DNA of 64,000 bases from Anaeromyxobacter sp. (lineage in GTDB: Bacteria > Myxococcota > Myxococcia > Myxococcales > Anaeromyxobacteraceae): positions 256,001 through 320,000 of the forward strand of contig JASGJN010000013.1 of NCBI GenBank assembly GCA_049840735.1, in the 5' to 3' direction. The notes under the pieces were generated by a model. It had not been told where the DNA came from and did no database searches. It saw nothing but the letters and a program-made list of their open reading frames with translations. Below, piece by piece: positions 41,807 to 55,282 of the stretch (positions within the stretch are counted from its first letter, which is position 1; every line of letters starts with the position of its first letter). A program made the translations under genes and the position numbers.

Positions 41807-42744
41807 GCGCAGCTCGACCGGAAGGCGGTCAGCGTCCAGGTCGTCGCCGCGCCGTCGACCCAAGGTCCAATTGTGGCGCCCGCGTCGCCGGGCGAGCCTG
41901 GAGTGTGTTCCCGCGCCCGCTCGCCCTGCTCGCCTGCCTCTTCGCCGCCCGCGCGGCGCTGGCGGATCCCGTCAGCGCCCCGGCCGATCGGCGCCTGCCC
42001 ATCGGCGGCGACTGGGCCCGCGCGAAGGGCATCGAGCTGCCGAAGCCGTTCGGCGTGGGCGTGTTCCTCGTCAACATGCGCCGCGACCTCGAGGTCTCCG
42101 ACGTGCGGGTCACCCTGCCGGGCCAGGGGGCGCAGAGCATCTCGGACCTGGCGAGCTTCGACGTGCGCAACACCACCACGCTCGCGGCCGTCAAGCTCGA
42201 CGCCTGGGTGTTCCCGGTGCTCGACGTCTATGCCATGGCCGGCCACACCTGGACCGACAGCCGGCTCGGGGTCACGGTCAGGGTGGATCGCGCACCGGGC
42301 GAGGACCTCGTCCTGCAGACGAGCCGCGAGGGACAGGTGGGCGGCCCGCTCCTCGGGGGTGGCGCGACCCTGGTCGCAGGCTACGGGCGGTGGTTCGTGC
42401 TCGCCGACGCCAACTACAGCTGGTCGGACATCGACGCGTTCCAGGGCGGCATCGGCGCGCTGTTCGCGTCCGCGCGCACCGGGTGGTCGGGCAAGGCGCA
42501 GGGGGTCGCCTGGCGCGCCTGGCTGGGCGCCGCCTACCTCGCCACGCAGCGCACGATCCGCGTGGAGCAGCAGACCGACGCCGGGCCGGTGGTGGTCGAG
42601 ATCGACCAGCAGCCGGTCCACCCGGTCACGCTCCAGGTCGGCGGCAGCCTGGGGTTGGGGGAGCAGTGGGAGCTGCTGGCCGAGCTGGGCACCAACTCCG
42701 GCCAGGACTTCGTGGGCGTCTTCTCGGCGGCCTACCGATTCTAG
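41803..42744 (+). CDS. Putative outer-membrane beta-barrel protein (start uncertain)
   Basis: Signal-like segment, amphipathic beta strands and C-terminal SAAYRF. Confidence 0.6.
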
Positions 42745-42765
42745 ACCGGGCCCGCGGGGCCGCCC

Positions 42766-43386
42766 TCACCCCGCCTCGAGGAACCGCACCTCGCCGGTGG
42801 TGATGTCCGCCACCGCGCCCACCAGGCGCATCACGCCCTCCTGCTGCCGTGCCTTTGCCTCGGGCGTCGCCATGATCTGCCGGATGGTCCAGCGCACGTT
42901 GGCCTCGACGCCGGCGCGGAGCTGCGCCTCGGGCGAGGCCGCCGGGTCGATGCCCTCCAGCCCGGGCTGCATGGTGTCGAGGAGCGCGGCGATGCGGCTG
43001 CGCTCCTGGCCGCCGCGGAACCTGGCCTCCAGCGCCGCCGCCACGGCGCCGCAACCCTCGTGGCCCAGCACCACGAACAGCGGCGTGCGCAGGTGGACGC
43101 CGGCGTACTGCAGCGTGCCCGCCACCTCGGCGGAGATGACGTTGCCGGCCAGCCGCACCACGAACAGCTCGCCGAACCCGGCGTCGAAGAGGAGCTCGGG
43201 CGGCACCCGCGAGTCGGCGCAGCCCAGGATGGTGACGTAGGGGTGCTGCCCCCGCGCCAGCTCCGCCAGCACCTCCTTCTGCACGGTGGGGAAGCGGGCC
43301 TCGCCGCGCACGAAGCGCGCGTTGCCGGCGCGGAGCCGCTCGAGGGCCTCGGCTGCGGTGTAGGCGGGGGCGGGCGGGTGGGCCAT
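42766..43386 (-). CDS. Beta-class carbonic anhydrase
   Basis: CADSRVPPE, VVRLAGN and HEGCGAV. Confidence 0.95.
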   Translation of the reverse strand: MAHPPAPAYTAAEALERLRAGNARFVRGEARFPTVQKEVLAELARGQHPYVTILGCADSRVPPELLFDAGFGELFVVRLAGNVISAEVAGTLQYAGVHLRTPLFVVLGHEGCGAVAAALEARFRGGQERSRIAALLDTMQPGLEGIDPAASPEAQLRAGVEANVRWTIRQIMATPEAKARQQEGVMRLVGAVADITTGEVRFLEAG

Positions 43387-43524
43387 GACCGAGACTCTCC
43401 GGCCGTCCGCGGGAGAGGTCAACCGCCGGTCGCCCCCCGAGACGGGTGCACGCCCCGACGACGAGGGGGCCGCCCTGCGCAGCGGCAGGGCGACCCCCGG
43501 GTGACGGCGTACGGGCGCTGCGGG

Positions 43525-45709
<2,185 letters not shown>

Positions 45710-46099
45710 GGTCTGGTCTCCTTCTCCCCTCGTGAACGGCAGCTTGCTCCCTCAGCCCGCCACGCCGCCAAGACCGTGTTTGAATCAGGGTGAGAGGCCA
45801 CGCCTATCGCGCCAGCCCCGCCTGCCCGTCCTCCCGGCCGGGGCCGCTGCGGGCGGCCTGCCGAGGGCTTTCGCCGCTGTCCCAGCCGAGGCGTGGAAGT
45901 AGCCGGGCCCCACTGCGCGGCGCCCCTCTCACCCCCCACATCCGCACTTCTACGTGCCCCGACCGGCTGCGGCAGGCTGCGGCAGTCCCCCGGGCGATGG
46001 AGGCGCGCATCACTGTCCGTCAACTCCCGCGCGATTTCCGCTCCGCCGCGCCGCGTCAGGCGTACGATCCTGTTGGAAGTTCACACCAGGGAGCGAGCG

Positions 46100-46516
46100 A
46101 TGAAGCTGACCTGCTTCCACCTGGACGGGGCGCCGCGGTCACCGAGCCTCTACTCCTTCGCGCGCGTGCTGGGCGCCGGTCCGGAGTCGGACCGGTACCA
46201 GCGCCACCTCGCCGGCGGGCTCTCCGCCATGAGCGGCCAGCCGGAGGAGGCGGAGCGCCTGCTGCGCGCCATCGAGCGGGTGGAGCGCGGCGAGGCCTCG
46301 ACCGAGATCTGCGAGCTGGACGACGAGACCGAGGCGGTGGTCCGCTCGGACGGCGTCCAGATCGGCCACCTCATCGCCGACGACTGGACCGAGGACGAGG
46401 AGGGGCGCTTCCGGTTGGCCACCTTCAAGGCCGCCGTGCAGGGCTGGGTGGCCTTCCTGCGCATGCCCGACCCCGCCTCCGCGCTCGAGGTCGAGCTGCC
46501 GGAGGAGGACCGCTGA
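46100..46516 (+). CDS. Hypothetical acidic protein
   Basis: Host-like codon usage, ATG with upstream GGAG; no family recognised. Confidence 0.6.
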   Translation: MKLTCFHLDGAPRSPSLYSFARVLGAGPESDRYQRHLAGGLSAMSGQPEEAERLLRAIERVERGEASTEICELDDETEAVVRSDGVQIGHLIADDWTEDEEGRFRLATFKAAVQGWVAFLRMPDPASALEVELPEEDR

Positions 46517-46541
46517 GGGGTGACGCGACCCCTCACTCGAT

Positions 46542-48014
46542 CTACCTCCCCTCCCCTGTCCCCGTCGCCGCCGGTCCTGCGATCGGACCCGCCTGCGCCT
46601 CCGGCATCCCGCCCACGATCCGCTTCACCTGCTGCCCCGCCTGCAGCCGCGCTCCCGGCGCGACCCCGTTCACCAGCGCCAGCAGGTCCGGCGGCGCCGT
46701 CCCGCCCGGCTCCTTCGCCAGCTCCTCCACCGTCATGTCACGAGCCAGCGGCTGCACCTCGATCCGCGCCGGCTCCACCTCGCGCGCCGCGGGATCCGTG
46801 ATCGGCCCGTAGCTTCCCAGCACGCGCTCGAACTCCGCCTTGTGCGCGGCCGCCAGCTCCGTGGGGGTCAGCTGCACCACCTGCAGCGTCTCCTGCCCCG
46901 CCCGTACGTACGCGACCAGCCCGGCCACCGGGCCCTGCTTCGTCGCGGCCTGGAACCACGCCGCCGCGCCGCCCGCGGCCGGGGCCGGCGCACCCAGCGG
47001 CTTCACCCCCTCCTGCGCGAGGAACTTCTGCACCGCCTCCTCGGGCGCGATCCGACCGACGCCGGAGAGCTGCAGCCCCGCGTCCTGCTTCGGGCTCACC
47101 GCCACCAGCGCGGCGGGCATGTTCTGCACCTTCCAGCCGGACGGCAGCGTGAGCTGGAAGTCCAGGGCCGGGTGCACGAAGGTCTCGCCCTTCATGTATC
47201 CCTGGCGCGGGTCCTCGCCGAAGACCAGGCCGTCCACGCGGGCCAGGTACGCCTCGCGCCCCTCCACCTTCCCGGCGGCGGGCGCCTTCTGCGCGCGAGC
47301 CTGGGCCGTCTTGGCCCGGTCGCCGGGGTCGGGGTGCGTGGAGGCCCAGGTCGGCACCCGCCCGCCGCCGGCGCGCTTGGAGACGCCCTCGAGCATCTGG
47401 AAGGTCCGGGCCATGGCCTCCGGCGCGTAGCCGTGCTTCGTCATGTAGCCGAAGCCCAGCTCGTCGGCCTGCCGCTCGTCGTCCCGGCCGAACTTGAGGA
47501 ACAGGAGCTGCAGCCCGGCCCCGGCGGCCTGCCCGACCGACCGCATCCGCTCGCTCAGCACCATCCCCAGGCCCAGGCCGACCTCGGCCAGCTCGGCCTT
47601 GGAGAGCTGCTCCACCGAGTGACGCGCGGTCACGTGGCCGATCTCGTGCCCCAGCACGCCGGCCAGCTCGGCCTCCGAGCCCAGGTAGTCGAGCAGGCCC
47701 CGGGTGACGAAGATCGGCCCGCCGGGCAGCGCGAAGGCGTTGGGCGAGGGATCGTCCACCACCTCGAAGCTCCACGGCAGGTCCGGCCGCTCCGAGGCCT
47801 TCGCCAGCTTCATGCCGACCGCCGAGACGTAGGCCTGCAGCTGCGGGTCGTCCACCCGCGGCATGGTCTGCTCCACCTGGGCCTTGGACTGCTGGCCCAT
47901 GGCGATCTCCTGGTCCTTCGTGATCAGGGCCAGCTGCCGCTCACCGGTGGCCGGGTTCTTGACGCACCCGGCGAGGAGGAGCGCCGCAGCGACCCACCGC
48001 TTGCGCGTGCCCAT
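46542..48014 (-). CDS. M48-family zinc metalloprotease lipoprotein
   Basis: Lipobox LAGC, NAFALPGG, HEIGH, ERQAD and STHP. Confidence 0.92.
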   Translation of the reverse strand: MGTRKRWVAAALLLAGCVKNPATGERQLALITKDQEIAMGQQSKAQVEQTMPRVDDPQLQAYVSAVGMKLAKASERPDLPWSFEVVDDPSPNAFALPGGPIFVTRGLLDYLGSEAELAGVLGHEIGHVTARHSVEQLSKAELAEVGLGLGMVLSERMRSVGQAAGAGLQLLFLKFGRDDERQADELGFGYMTKHGYAPEAMARTFQMLEGVSKRAGGGRVPTWASTHPDPGDRAKTAQARAQKAPAAGKVEGREAYLARVDGLVFGEDPRQGYMKGETFVHPALDFQLTLPSGWKVQNMPAALVAVSPKQDAGLQLSGVGRIAPEEAVQKFLAQEGVKPLGAPAPAAGGAAAWFQAATKQGPVAGLVAYVRAGQETLQVVQLTPTELAAAHKAEFERVLGSYGPITDPAAREVEPARIEVQPLARDMTVEELAKEPGGTAPPDLLALVNGVAPGARLQAGQQVKRIVGGMPEAQAGPIAGPAATGTGEGR

Positions 48015-48159
48015 GCCCCAAAGCTAGGTCGTGCCGGCGCAGGGCGGGGCTGGACGGTCAGGCGGGGCGGCGGCGGGCCGCTCACCCCATCGTCGTCTTT
48101 GCAGCGGCCGCCCGGGCCCGTCTCCGGGCCACGGGCGGCCTGGACCACGCCAGCGCCGG

Positions 48160-48885
48160 TCAGGACTCCGGATCCCGGCGCGTCAGGTCCTCGTCCGCCT
48201 CGCGGATGTCCCCTTCCTTCTCGACGTGGACCTCCTCGCGCCGCACGTCGGCGTCGGCGCGCCGCTCCTCCTGGCGGCGCGCCCGGGAGACCCGCACCTC
48301 CTCGCGGACCACCGGGCGCTTGCGGATCTCGACCTCCTCCTCGCGGACGGGCACGCTGACCGTGCCCTGCTGGAAGGCGGCCGCGTCGGCCGGCTGGCCT
48401 TCGGCCGGGACCCGCTCCACGTGCACCTCCTCGCGCGTCACCGGCACGGTCAGCTGCTTCTGCTCGGTGACCACCTCCTTGCGCACCTGCACGCGCCCCG
48501 CCTCGCGCTCGCGCTTCTCGGCCACCAGCTCCTCCTCCGCCACCGGGATGCGCGTCTCGTCCTGGCTGGTGGCGCCGAGGCCGGCGGCGGTCCCCTCGCG
48601 CAGCCGGTCCATGGTGCTGGCGCCCTCGCCGGAGGACAGCCCTCCGACCGAGGCTGCGCCGAGCCCGGTCTCGCCCGCTTCCCGGAGCGTGCCCGCCGGG
48701 ATGGCCAGGCGGACGTCATCGCCCTCCACCGCGCCCACCTGCTCGTAGCGGACCAGGTAGTCCTTGGGGAAGAAGAACCCCTTCTCGATGACGAAGTCGG
48801 CCGAGCCGCACTCGATCACCTTGCCCAGCTTCTCGCCGTCCGCGCTGTGGACGGTCATGCCCTCGCGTACGCCCCTCGTGTCCAT
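48160..48885 (-). CDS. YsnF/AvaK (DUF2382) stress protein with PRC-like N-terminus
   Basis: VREGMTVHSADGEKLGKV, IPVAEEEL..EKREREAGRVQVRKEVVTE. Confidence 0.85.
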   Translation of the reverse strand: MDTRGVREGMTVHSADGEKLGKVIECGSADFVIEKGFFFPKDYLVRYEQVGAVEGDDVRLAIPAGTLREAGETGLGAASVGGLSSGEGASTMDRLREGTAAGLGATSQDETRIPVAEEELVAEKREREAGRVQVRKEVVTEQKQLTVPVTREEVHVERVPAEGQPADAAAFQQGTVSVPVREEEVEIRKRPVVREEVRVSRARRQEERRADADVRREEVHVEKEGDIREADEDLTRRDPES

Positions 48886-48959
48886 GGCTTCCCTCCGTGT
48901 GGCCTCACCCTGCGAACGAGGCAGGCCCGCGACAACCGGGGGGCTCCAGCGTCCGGCGC

Positions 48960-49758
48960 GGCCCCCGCCCGCCAGCGCGTCGAGGGTGACGAAGGTGAAG
49001 CCGGCCGCCTTCCACCGCGCGACGATCTCAGGCACCGCGGCCGCGGTCTGATCGCGCCGCGGGTCGAGGCCCGGGGTGGCGCAGCCGTCGTGGAGCAGCA
49101 GGATCTCCCCGGCCCGCATGCGCCTGCAGGCCCGCGCGGCGATGGCGCCCGCCCCCGGCCGCTCGGTGTCGAAGACGCCGCGGGTCCACCCCACCAGCCG
49201 CAGCCCGCGCGCCCGCAGCGCCCGGCCCAGGAACGGGCCCCGGAAGCCGTGCGGCGCGCGGAAGAAGGGCGCCGGGGCCACGCCGGCCGCGCGCACCGCC
49301 GCGGCGCAGCGGTCCAGCTCGCGCGCCACCCGCGCCGGCCCGGCGGCGTGCAGCTTGGCGTGGGAGTCGCCGTGCAGCGCCACCAGGTGGCCGCGCCGGG
49401 CCACCTCCCGGACCAGGCCGGGCCTGCGCCGGGCCGCCTCGCCCAGCACGAAGAAGCTGGCCTTCACCCCCGCCTGGTCGAGCGCCGCCAGGACCGCCGG
49501 CGTGTCGCCCGAGGGGCCGTCGTCGAAGGTGAGCGCCACCCAGGGTCGGTCGCGCGGACCGCGGCGGAGCGAGCGCCCGGTGACGTCGAAGCGCACCCAG
49601 AGCGCCTGCAGCGCCGCCAGCCCTGCCCCCGCGGTCGCGGCCGCGAGCGCCAGCCCGGCGCCGGGGCGCCCCGCCCACGCCAGCCTCGCGGCCGTCCCCA
49701 GCAGGCCGGCGGCCAGGGCCAGCACCGCCGCCAGCAGCAGGCGCTTGCGGAGCGGCAT
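48960..49758 (-). CDS. Polysaccharide deacetylase (3' end approximate)
   Basis: VALTFDDGP, FFRAPHG and ILLLHDG. Confidence 0.88.
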
Positions 49759-49762
49759 GGCC

Positions 49763-50874
49763 CTACCCGCGCGCGCCGATGGTCCGGTAGAGCCGGAGCA
49801 CCTCGCGCGCCACCGAGGGCCAGGCGTACCGCTCGGCCGTCATCCGGCCGCACTCGCCGTAGGCCACGGCGCGCCGCGGCTCGCGCGAGAGGCGCAGCAG
49901 GGCCCGGGCCCAGGCCGAGGGGTCCTCGGGCGGCAGGAGCTCCCCCTCGCGCCCGTGCTGCAGCACCTCCCGGAAGCCGTCGATGTCCGAGGCCAGCACC
50001 GCCTTGCCGGCGGCCATGGCCTCCAGCAGCGTCACGCCGAACGATGCGATGCGGGTGGGCGCGCAGTACACGTCGGCGGTGGCGAACCAGTCCTCGCGGT
50101 GCTCGACCACCCGCCCGGCGAAGACCACGTCCCCGGCCATCTCGCGCGGCACCATGGCCCGGTAACGCGGGAGGAGCGGGCCGTCGCCCACCACCAGCAG
50201 GCGCGCCGCCACCTGCCGCCAGACCCGCTGGAAGGCGGCCAGCAGCCGGTCCAGGCCGTTGCGCGGCTCCAGCCGCCCCACGAACAGCAGGTTGAGCTTG
50301 CCGTCCTCGTAGGCCCGGATCCGGCGCCCGCGCGAGAACCGCTCCACGTCCACGCCGTTGGGGATGATGCGGAAGTCGGCGTGGAGCCGGTCCTCGAACG
50401 CGCCCAGGCAGGCGCGCGAACCGCCACCGCGGCGTCGAGGCGGTCCAGGTAGCGCTGCAGCCGCGCCCCCAGCAGCCGGAAGAGCAGCCCAGGGCGGAAG
50501 TTGGTGTGGAAGGTGCCGACCAGCGGCGCGCGCGCGTAGTGGATGGCCAGCAGCGGGAGCACCGGCGTGAGCGGCGCGTGCACGTGGACGACGTCGAACC
50601 GCTCGCGCTCGAGCAGCGCGCGCATCTCCTGCCCCAGCCCCCGGCCGCCGGTGACCCGGCCGAAGCCGCCGTTCATGTAGACCGGCAGGCTGCGCCCCAG
50701 CCGGATCACGTCGCGGCTGGTCTCCGGCGCCTCAGGCCCCAGGTCGGGCATGCGGCTGGTGACGACCCGGACCGTGTGTCCCAGCCGCCGGGCCTCCCGG
50801 GCGAAGTGGAACACGTGCTCCTGGATCCCGCCCACGCTCGGGTAGAAGTACTCGGTCACCACGCCGATGCGCAC
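49763..50874 (-). CDS. GT4 glycosyltransferase (PimA-like), frameshift near 50420
   Basis: RIGVVTEYFYPSVGGIQEHV, LFVGRLEPRNG, SFGVTLLEAMAAG. Confidence 0.9.
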
Positions 50875-50994
50875 GCGACCTCCCGGGCGCGCACCGCCGG
50901 GCGCGCGCCCTGGCAAGGTCTAAGCACGCTGCCCGGCGCGGGGCAGGCCCCAGGGGCGGGCGCCCGCACGCCCGGGCGCGGCGCCCGCCTCCGC

Positions 50995-51483
50995 TCAGTG
51001 GGCGTACTGCGCCGCCTCCTCGCGATCGCTCTCCAGGCCCTCCGGCCGGTGCCGCGACACCAGCACCGCGCACGGCGCCTCGCGCACCACCCGCTCGGCC
51101 ACCGAGCCCAGCAGCAGCCGCCCCAGGCCGTGGCGCCCCTTGGTCCCCACCACGATGAGCTGCATGGCGTTGTCGCGCGCGAAGCGCAGCAGCTCCTCCG
51201 CCACGCCGCCCTGCAGCAGGTGCCCCACCACCCGCCGGCCGAGGCGCGCCTCCGCCTCCTCGCACCACCCGTGCATCACCTCGTCCAGCTCGACCGCCTC
51301 GGCGCTCTGGGCGTCGGCCGGGCCGGCCAGCAGCGCGCCCGGCACCAGGGGGCCAGGCTGGTGGACGTGCACCAGGTCCAGCGACGCGTCCATGCGGGCG
51401 GCCACGTCCACCGCCTCGTCCAGCGCGTACCGGGAGGCCTGGCTGAAATCCAGCCCGCAGCAGATCCGCTTCCACTCGGCCAT
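50995..51483 (-). CDS. Universal stress protein
   Basis: KRICCGLDFS, LIVVGTKGRHG..LLGSVAERVVREAPCAVLV. Confidence 0.93.
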   Translation of the reverse strand: MAEWKRICCGLDFSQASRYALDEAVDVAARMDASLDLVHVHQPGPLVPGALLAGPADAQSAEAVELDEVMHGWCEEAEARLGRRVVGHLLQGGVAEELLRFARDNAMQLIVVGTKGRHGLGRLLLGSVAERVVREAPCAVLVSRHRPEGLESDREEAAQYAH

Positions 51484-51827
51484 CGCGCACCTCCTCGCTC
51501 GAGGGCGCCCGGTGCGGCTCGCGGTTCGGCGCCGTCCGCGCGCGCCGGGTCCACGCTGGGATCGTACGCCGGCGCGGGGCGACCGAATCCCCGCCAGGTG
51601 GGGAGCCGCGAGCGGAGCAACCCGGATCGCGAGCGCCAGTCCCACGCCCGCGGGTCGTCGCAGCCCCGCGCAGCGCGAAGCGATCGCACACCCGCCCACC
51701 TGCACCCCCGCCCACCGGGCCTGACCGGGACTCGCGGCGCGCGACCGTGCGCCCGGGACCCGCGAGGGCCGCGCGCAAGCGGGCGCGCGAGGCATAGAGT
51801 CCGCCGTCCCAAACGTTTGGCCCCTGG

Positions 51828-52211
51828 ATGATCTCCGCTTCCGGATCCCCGCCCAGCCCCACGGTCCTGGTCGTCGATGACGACACCGACCTCCGCGACA
51901 CGCTCGGCGAGCTGCTCGTCGAGGAGGGCTATGACGCCCAGACCTGCGAGAACGGCCAGGCCGCCCTGGCCCGCCTGCGCGAGGGTGGGCTCTCGCCGCG
52001 GCTCATCCTGCTCGACCTGATGATGCCGGTCATGAACGGCTGGCAGTTCCGGGAGCAGCAGCTGCAGGACGCGCGCCTGCGCGAGATCCCGGTGGTGGTG
52101 ATGACCGCCAGCCGCGGGCTCGACGGCGCGCCGCTGCGGGCGCAGGAGATCCTCTACAAGCCGGTCGGCCTGGGCGAGCTGCTCGACGCGGTGGAGCGCA
52201 ACCTCCGCTGA
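51828..52211 (+). CDS. Single-domain response regulator
   Basis: VLVVDDD, ILLDLMMPVMNG and KP. Confidence 0.92.
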   Translation: MISASGSPPSPTVLVVDDDTDLRDTLGELLVEEGYDAQTCENGQAALARLREGGLSPRLILLDLMMPVMNGWQFREQQLQDARLREIPVVVMTASRGLDGAPLRAQEILYKPVGLGELLDAVERNLR

Positions 52212-52258
52212 CCGGTGCGTGATAGAAGCTCGGGCCGCGGGCGCGCCCCGCCCCGCCC

Positions 52259-53017
52259 ATGCCCGACCTCACCTCCCCCGCCGCCCTGCTCCCGCTCCTG
52301 GCCGTGGCCTTCGTGGCCGGGACGGTGGACGCCATCGCCGGCGGCGGCGGCCTGCTCTCGCTGCCGGCGCTGCTCTGGAGCGGGCTCCCCCCGCACGCGG
52401 CCCTGGCGACCAACAAGGGCCAGTCGATCTTCGGCACCGCCACGGCCCTGACGCGCTACGCCCGCGCCGGCCTGGTGGACGGAGCGCGGGCGCGGGTGGC
52501 GTTCCCGCTCGGCCTGGCCGGCTCGCTGGGGGGCGCGCTGCTGGTCCTGCTGGTGCCGCCGGCGTCGCTCCGGCCGCTGGTGCTGGTGCTGCTGGCCGCG
52601 GCCGCGCTCTTCGTGGCGCTGCGGCGGACGCCGGCCGTCGCGCCCGCGCCGCCTCGCCGCGCGGTGGCGCTGGCCGGGCTGATCGCGCTCTGCGTCGGCG
52701 CCTACGACGGGTTCTTCGGGCCCGGCACCGGCACCTTCCTGATCGTCGCCTTCGTGGCCGTGCTGGGCGACCCGCTCACGCGCGCCTCCGCCGACGCCAA
52801 GGTGGTCAACTTCGCCTCCAACCTGGCCGCGGTGCTGATCTTCTCCTCGCGCGGCCTGGTGCTCTGGCGCGTGGCGCTCCCCATGGCCTGCGCCCAGCTG
52901 GCCGGGGGTTGGCTCGGCGCGCACCTCACCATCCGCCGCGGCGACGGCCTGGTCCGCTCGGCGGTGGTGGTGGTGTCGCTGTGCCTGGCGGCCAAGCTGG
53001 CCTGGGACATGCGGTAG
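52259..53017 (+). CDS. TSUP (TauE/SafE) family transporter
   Basis: AGTVDAIAGGGGL, YDGFFGPGTG. Confidence 0.92.
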   Translation: MPDLTSPAALLPLLAVAFVAGTVDAIAGGGGLLSLPALLWSGLPPHAALATNKGQSIFGTATALTRYARAGLVDGARARVAFPLGLAGSLGGALLVLLVPPASLRPLVLVLLAAAALFVALRRTPAVAPAPPRRAVALAGLIALCVGAYDGFFGPGTGTFLIVAFVAVLGDPLTRASADAKVVNFASNLAAVLIFSSRGLVLWRVALPMACAQLAGGWLGAHLTIRRGDGLVRSAVVVVSLCLAAKLAWDMR

Positions 53018-53036
53018 GGCAGCGGCTGCTCGCCCG

Positions 53037-53219
53037 TCAGTCGCCCGACGGCTCGTCGCCGCGCTCCGCCTCGCCGCCCGGATCCGGCGCCTGGCGCTCG
53101 CGCTCGACCGCCGCCTCCTCCCCGGTCCCGAAGTAGCCCTCGTCGTACGGCTCGCGGGTGGGCGGCAGGTCGGTCCTGGGGGTGTCGCCGCGCTCCTGCG
53201 GCTTGGGTGGGTTGGCCAT
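53037..53219 (-). CDS. Small acidic hypothetical protein
   Basis: RBS GGAGGAG; MANPPKPQERG... Confidence 0.5.
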   Translation of the reverse strand: MANPPKPQERGDTPRTDLPPTREPYDEGYFGTGEEAAVERERQAPDPGGEAERGDEPSGD

Positions 53220-53321
53220 GGGGCTCCTCCTCCCGGGAAGGTGGAGCGCCCCGCCCGCCGCGTGAAGCGCACCCGCGTTGCCGCGCCGCCCCGCCGGACC
53301 GAACGTTGGCCCGGGGGTGCC

Positions 53322-54218
53322 ATGGCGCGCGCCATCTGGAGCGGAGCGCTGGCCTTCGGGCTGGTCAACATCCCGGTGAAGCTCTTCACCGCGGTGTCGC
53401 AGAAGGAGGTCCACTTCGACATGCTCCACGGGAAGGACGGCGCGCGCATCCAGCTGCGCCGGTTCTGCTCGGCGGAGGAGCGCGAGGTCCCCTACGAGGA
53501 GATCGTGAAGGGGTACGAGGTCTCGCCGCGACGCTACGTGACGGTCTCGCGCGAGGAGCTGGAGGCGTTCGACCCCAAGGGCACGCGCACGGTGGAGATC
53601 CACGACTTCGTGGAGCTGGCCTCCATCGACCCGGTCTTCTTCGAGCAGACCTACTACCTGGTCCCGGAGCCCACCGCCGCCCGCGCCTACGCGCTGCTGC
53701 GCGAGGCCATGCGCCGCGCCGGCAAGGTGGCCATCGCCACGGCGGTGCTGCGCACCCGCGAGTCGCTCTGCTGCGTCCGCCCCTCGGGCGACGCCCTGGC
53801 GCTGGCCACCATGAACCGCCAGGACGAGGTGGTGCCGGTGTCCAGCCTGGAGCTGCCGGCCGCCCCGGCGCCGTCCGACCGCGAGCTGCACATGGCCGAG
53901 CAGCTGGTCGGCTCCCTCACCGGACCCTTCGATCCGGCGCGCTACCCCGACCTGCGCCGCGCCCGCGTGCTGGAGCTCATCGAGCGCAAGGCCGAGGGGC
54001 AGGCCATCGAGTCCCCCGAGGCGGAGGCGCCCCGGGCCGAGGTGGTGAGCCTGGCCGACGCGCTCTCGGCCAGCCTGGCGGCCGCCCGCCGGCGCACCCC
54101 CGAGTCGCCGGCGCCCGCGCGCGCCGAGCCGGCCCCGGCCCGCCCCGCCCGCGGCGAGCGGCGCCGCCCGGCCGCGGCGGCCGCCCGCTCGGCCGGCCGC
54201 CGCCGGAAGAAGCGCTGA
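53322..54218 (+). CDS. ku: Non-homologous end-joining protein Ku
   Basis: MARAIWSGALAFGLVNIPVKL, IVKGYE and YYLVP. Confidence 0.95.
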   Translation: MARAIWSGALAFGLVNIPVKLFTAVSQKEVHFDMLHGKDGARIQLRRFCSAEEREVPYEEIVKGYEVSPRRYVTVSREELEAFDPKGTRTVEIHDFVELASIDPVFFEQTYYLVPEPTAARAYALLREAMRRAGKVAIATAVLRTRESLCCVRPSGDALALATMNRQDEVVPVSSLELPAAPAPSDRELHMAEQLVGSLTGPFDPARYPDLRRARVLELIERKAEGQAIESPEAEAPRAEVVSLADALSASLAAARRRTPESPAPARAEPAPARPARGERRRPAAAAARSAGRRRKKR

Positions 54219-54345
54219 CGTGGTCGGCCGTTCCAGCCGGACTCCAGGGAGCGGGACGGGCGGCGCAGCCCCCCGTGTGATCGGGCTGCGCTCGGGCGGG
54301 CGCGAGCGCACCTTCACGTCACGTCGTGCTGGGAGGGGGAGAGCC

Positions 54346-54783
54346 ATGGAGACGCACCGTCCGGGGGAAGCCACCCGTCCAGCGCCGGGGCCGGAGGACC
54401 GGCTGCGCGGCCTGCCGACCCGTGACCTGGTCACGGAGCTGGCGAAGAAGGCCTCCGCGCTGGCCCGCAAGGAGGTGGAGCTGGCCAAGGCCGAGCTGCG
54501 CCACGACCTGCGCGCCGAGGTGAAGATGGCCAGCGGCCTGGGCGTGGCCGGGCTGTGCGCCATCCTGACGCTGCAGCTGATGCTCACCGCGCTGGTGCTG
54601 GCGCTGATGGAGGCCGGGGTGCTGCCGGGCTGGGCGGCGGCGCTGATCGTGGGGGCGGTGGTGCTGGCCATCGGGACCGGCGTGGGGCTGTGGGGCTGGG
54701 CGCGGCGCGTGCGGCAGCCGCTGGGGACCACCCGCGACTCGCTGCAGCGAAACGTGCGCTGGGCCAAGGAGCAGATCGCGTGA
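54346..54783 (+). CDS. Phage_holin_3_6/YhjD-like membrane protein
   Basis: LARKEVELAKAEL followed by two TM helices. Confidence 0.8.
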   Translation: METHRPGEATRPAPGPEDRLRGLPTRDLVTELAKKASALARKEVELAKAELRHDLRAEVKMASGLGVAGLCAILTLQLMLTALVLALMEAGVLPGWAAALIVGAVVLAIGTGVGLWGWARRVRQPLGTTRDSLQRNVRWAKEQIA

Positions 54784-55199
54784 AGGACGGATCCCCGCAG
54801 GTGGTGCAGCGCGTGACAGGCGAGATCGACTCGCTCCGCGCCGAGCTGGGCACGCTGGTGGCGGAGCTGGACCGGCGGCGCCACGAGCTGTTCGACGTCC
54901 GCCAGCAGCTGGCCAAGCACCCGGTGGCGGTGCTGGTGGCCGCCGGCGCGGCCGCGCTGGCGCTGGGCGCGGTGGTGGCGGTGGCGGTGCGGCGGAGGCA
55001 GCGGCAGCGCCGGCCGGCCACGCGCGTGCGCGAGGCGCGCCGGGCCCTGGCGCGGCTGCTGCACCACCCGGACCGCGTGGCCGCCGAGCCGAGCGTGACG
55101 GCCAGGATCATGGCGGCGGTCGGGACCGCCGCAGGCGCGGCCCTGGCCCGCCGGGCCGTCGAGCGGCTGATGACGAAGCCCGGCTCCGCGCGCGCCTGA
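54780..55199 (+). CDS. DUF3618-like hypothetical membrane protein
   Basis: GTGA overlap with the upstream gene; EIDSLRAELGTLVAELDRR plus a TM segment. Confidence 0.6.
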   Translation: MKDGSPQVVQRVTGEIDSLRAELGTLVAELDRRRHELFDVRQQLAKHPVAVLVAAGAAALALGAVVAVAVRRRQRQRRPATRVREARRALARLLHHPDRVAAEPSVTARIMAAVGTAAGAALARRAVERLMTKPGSARA

Positions 55200-55282
55200 G
55201 CGCCCGGGCGCCCGCCCTCCTCCCCGCCTGCCCCGCCTCGCCGCGGGGCCGGGGCCAGATTGACGCCCAAGGAGGAGACCCG

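Noticed and set aside
48160..49758. Apparent polysaccharide deacetylase-YsnF fusion
   Set aside because: The linker is low-complexity and YsnF has its own RBS and ATG at 48885; a missed stop from an indel is more likely.
54346..54783. Holin-like gene as evidence of a second prophage
   Set aside because: This membrane family is common in chromosomal stress clusters, and no phage genes are nearby.
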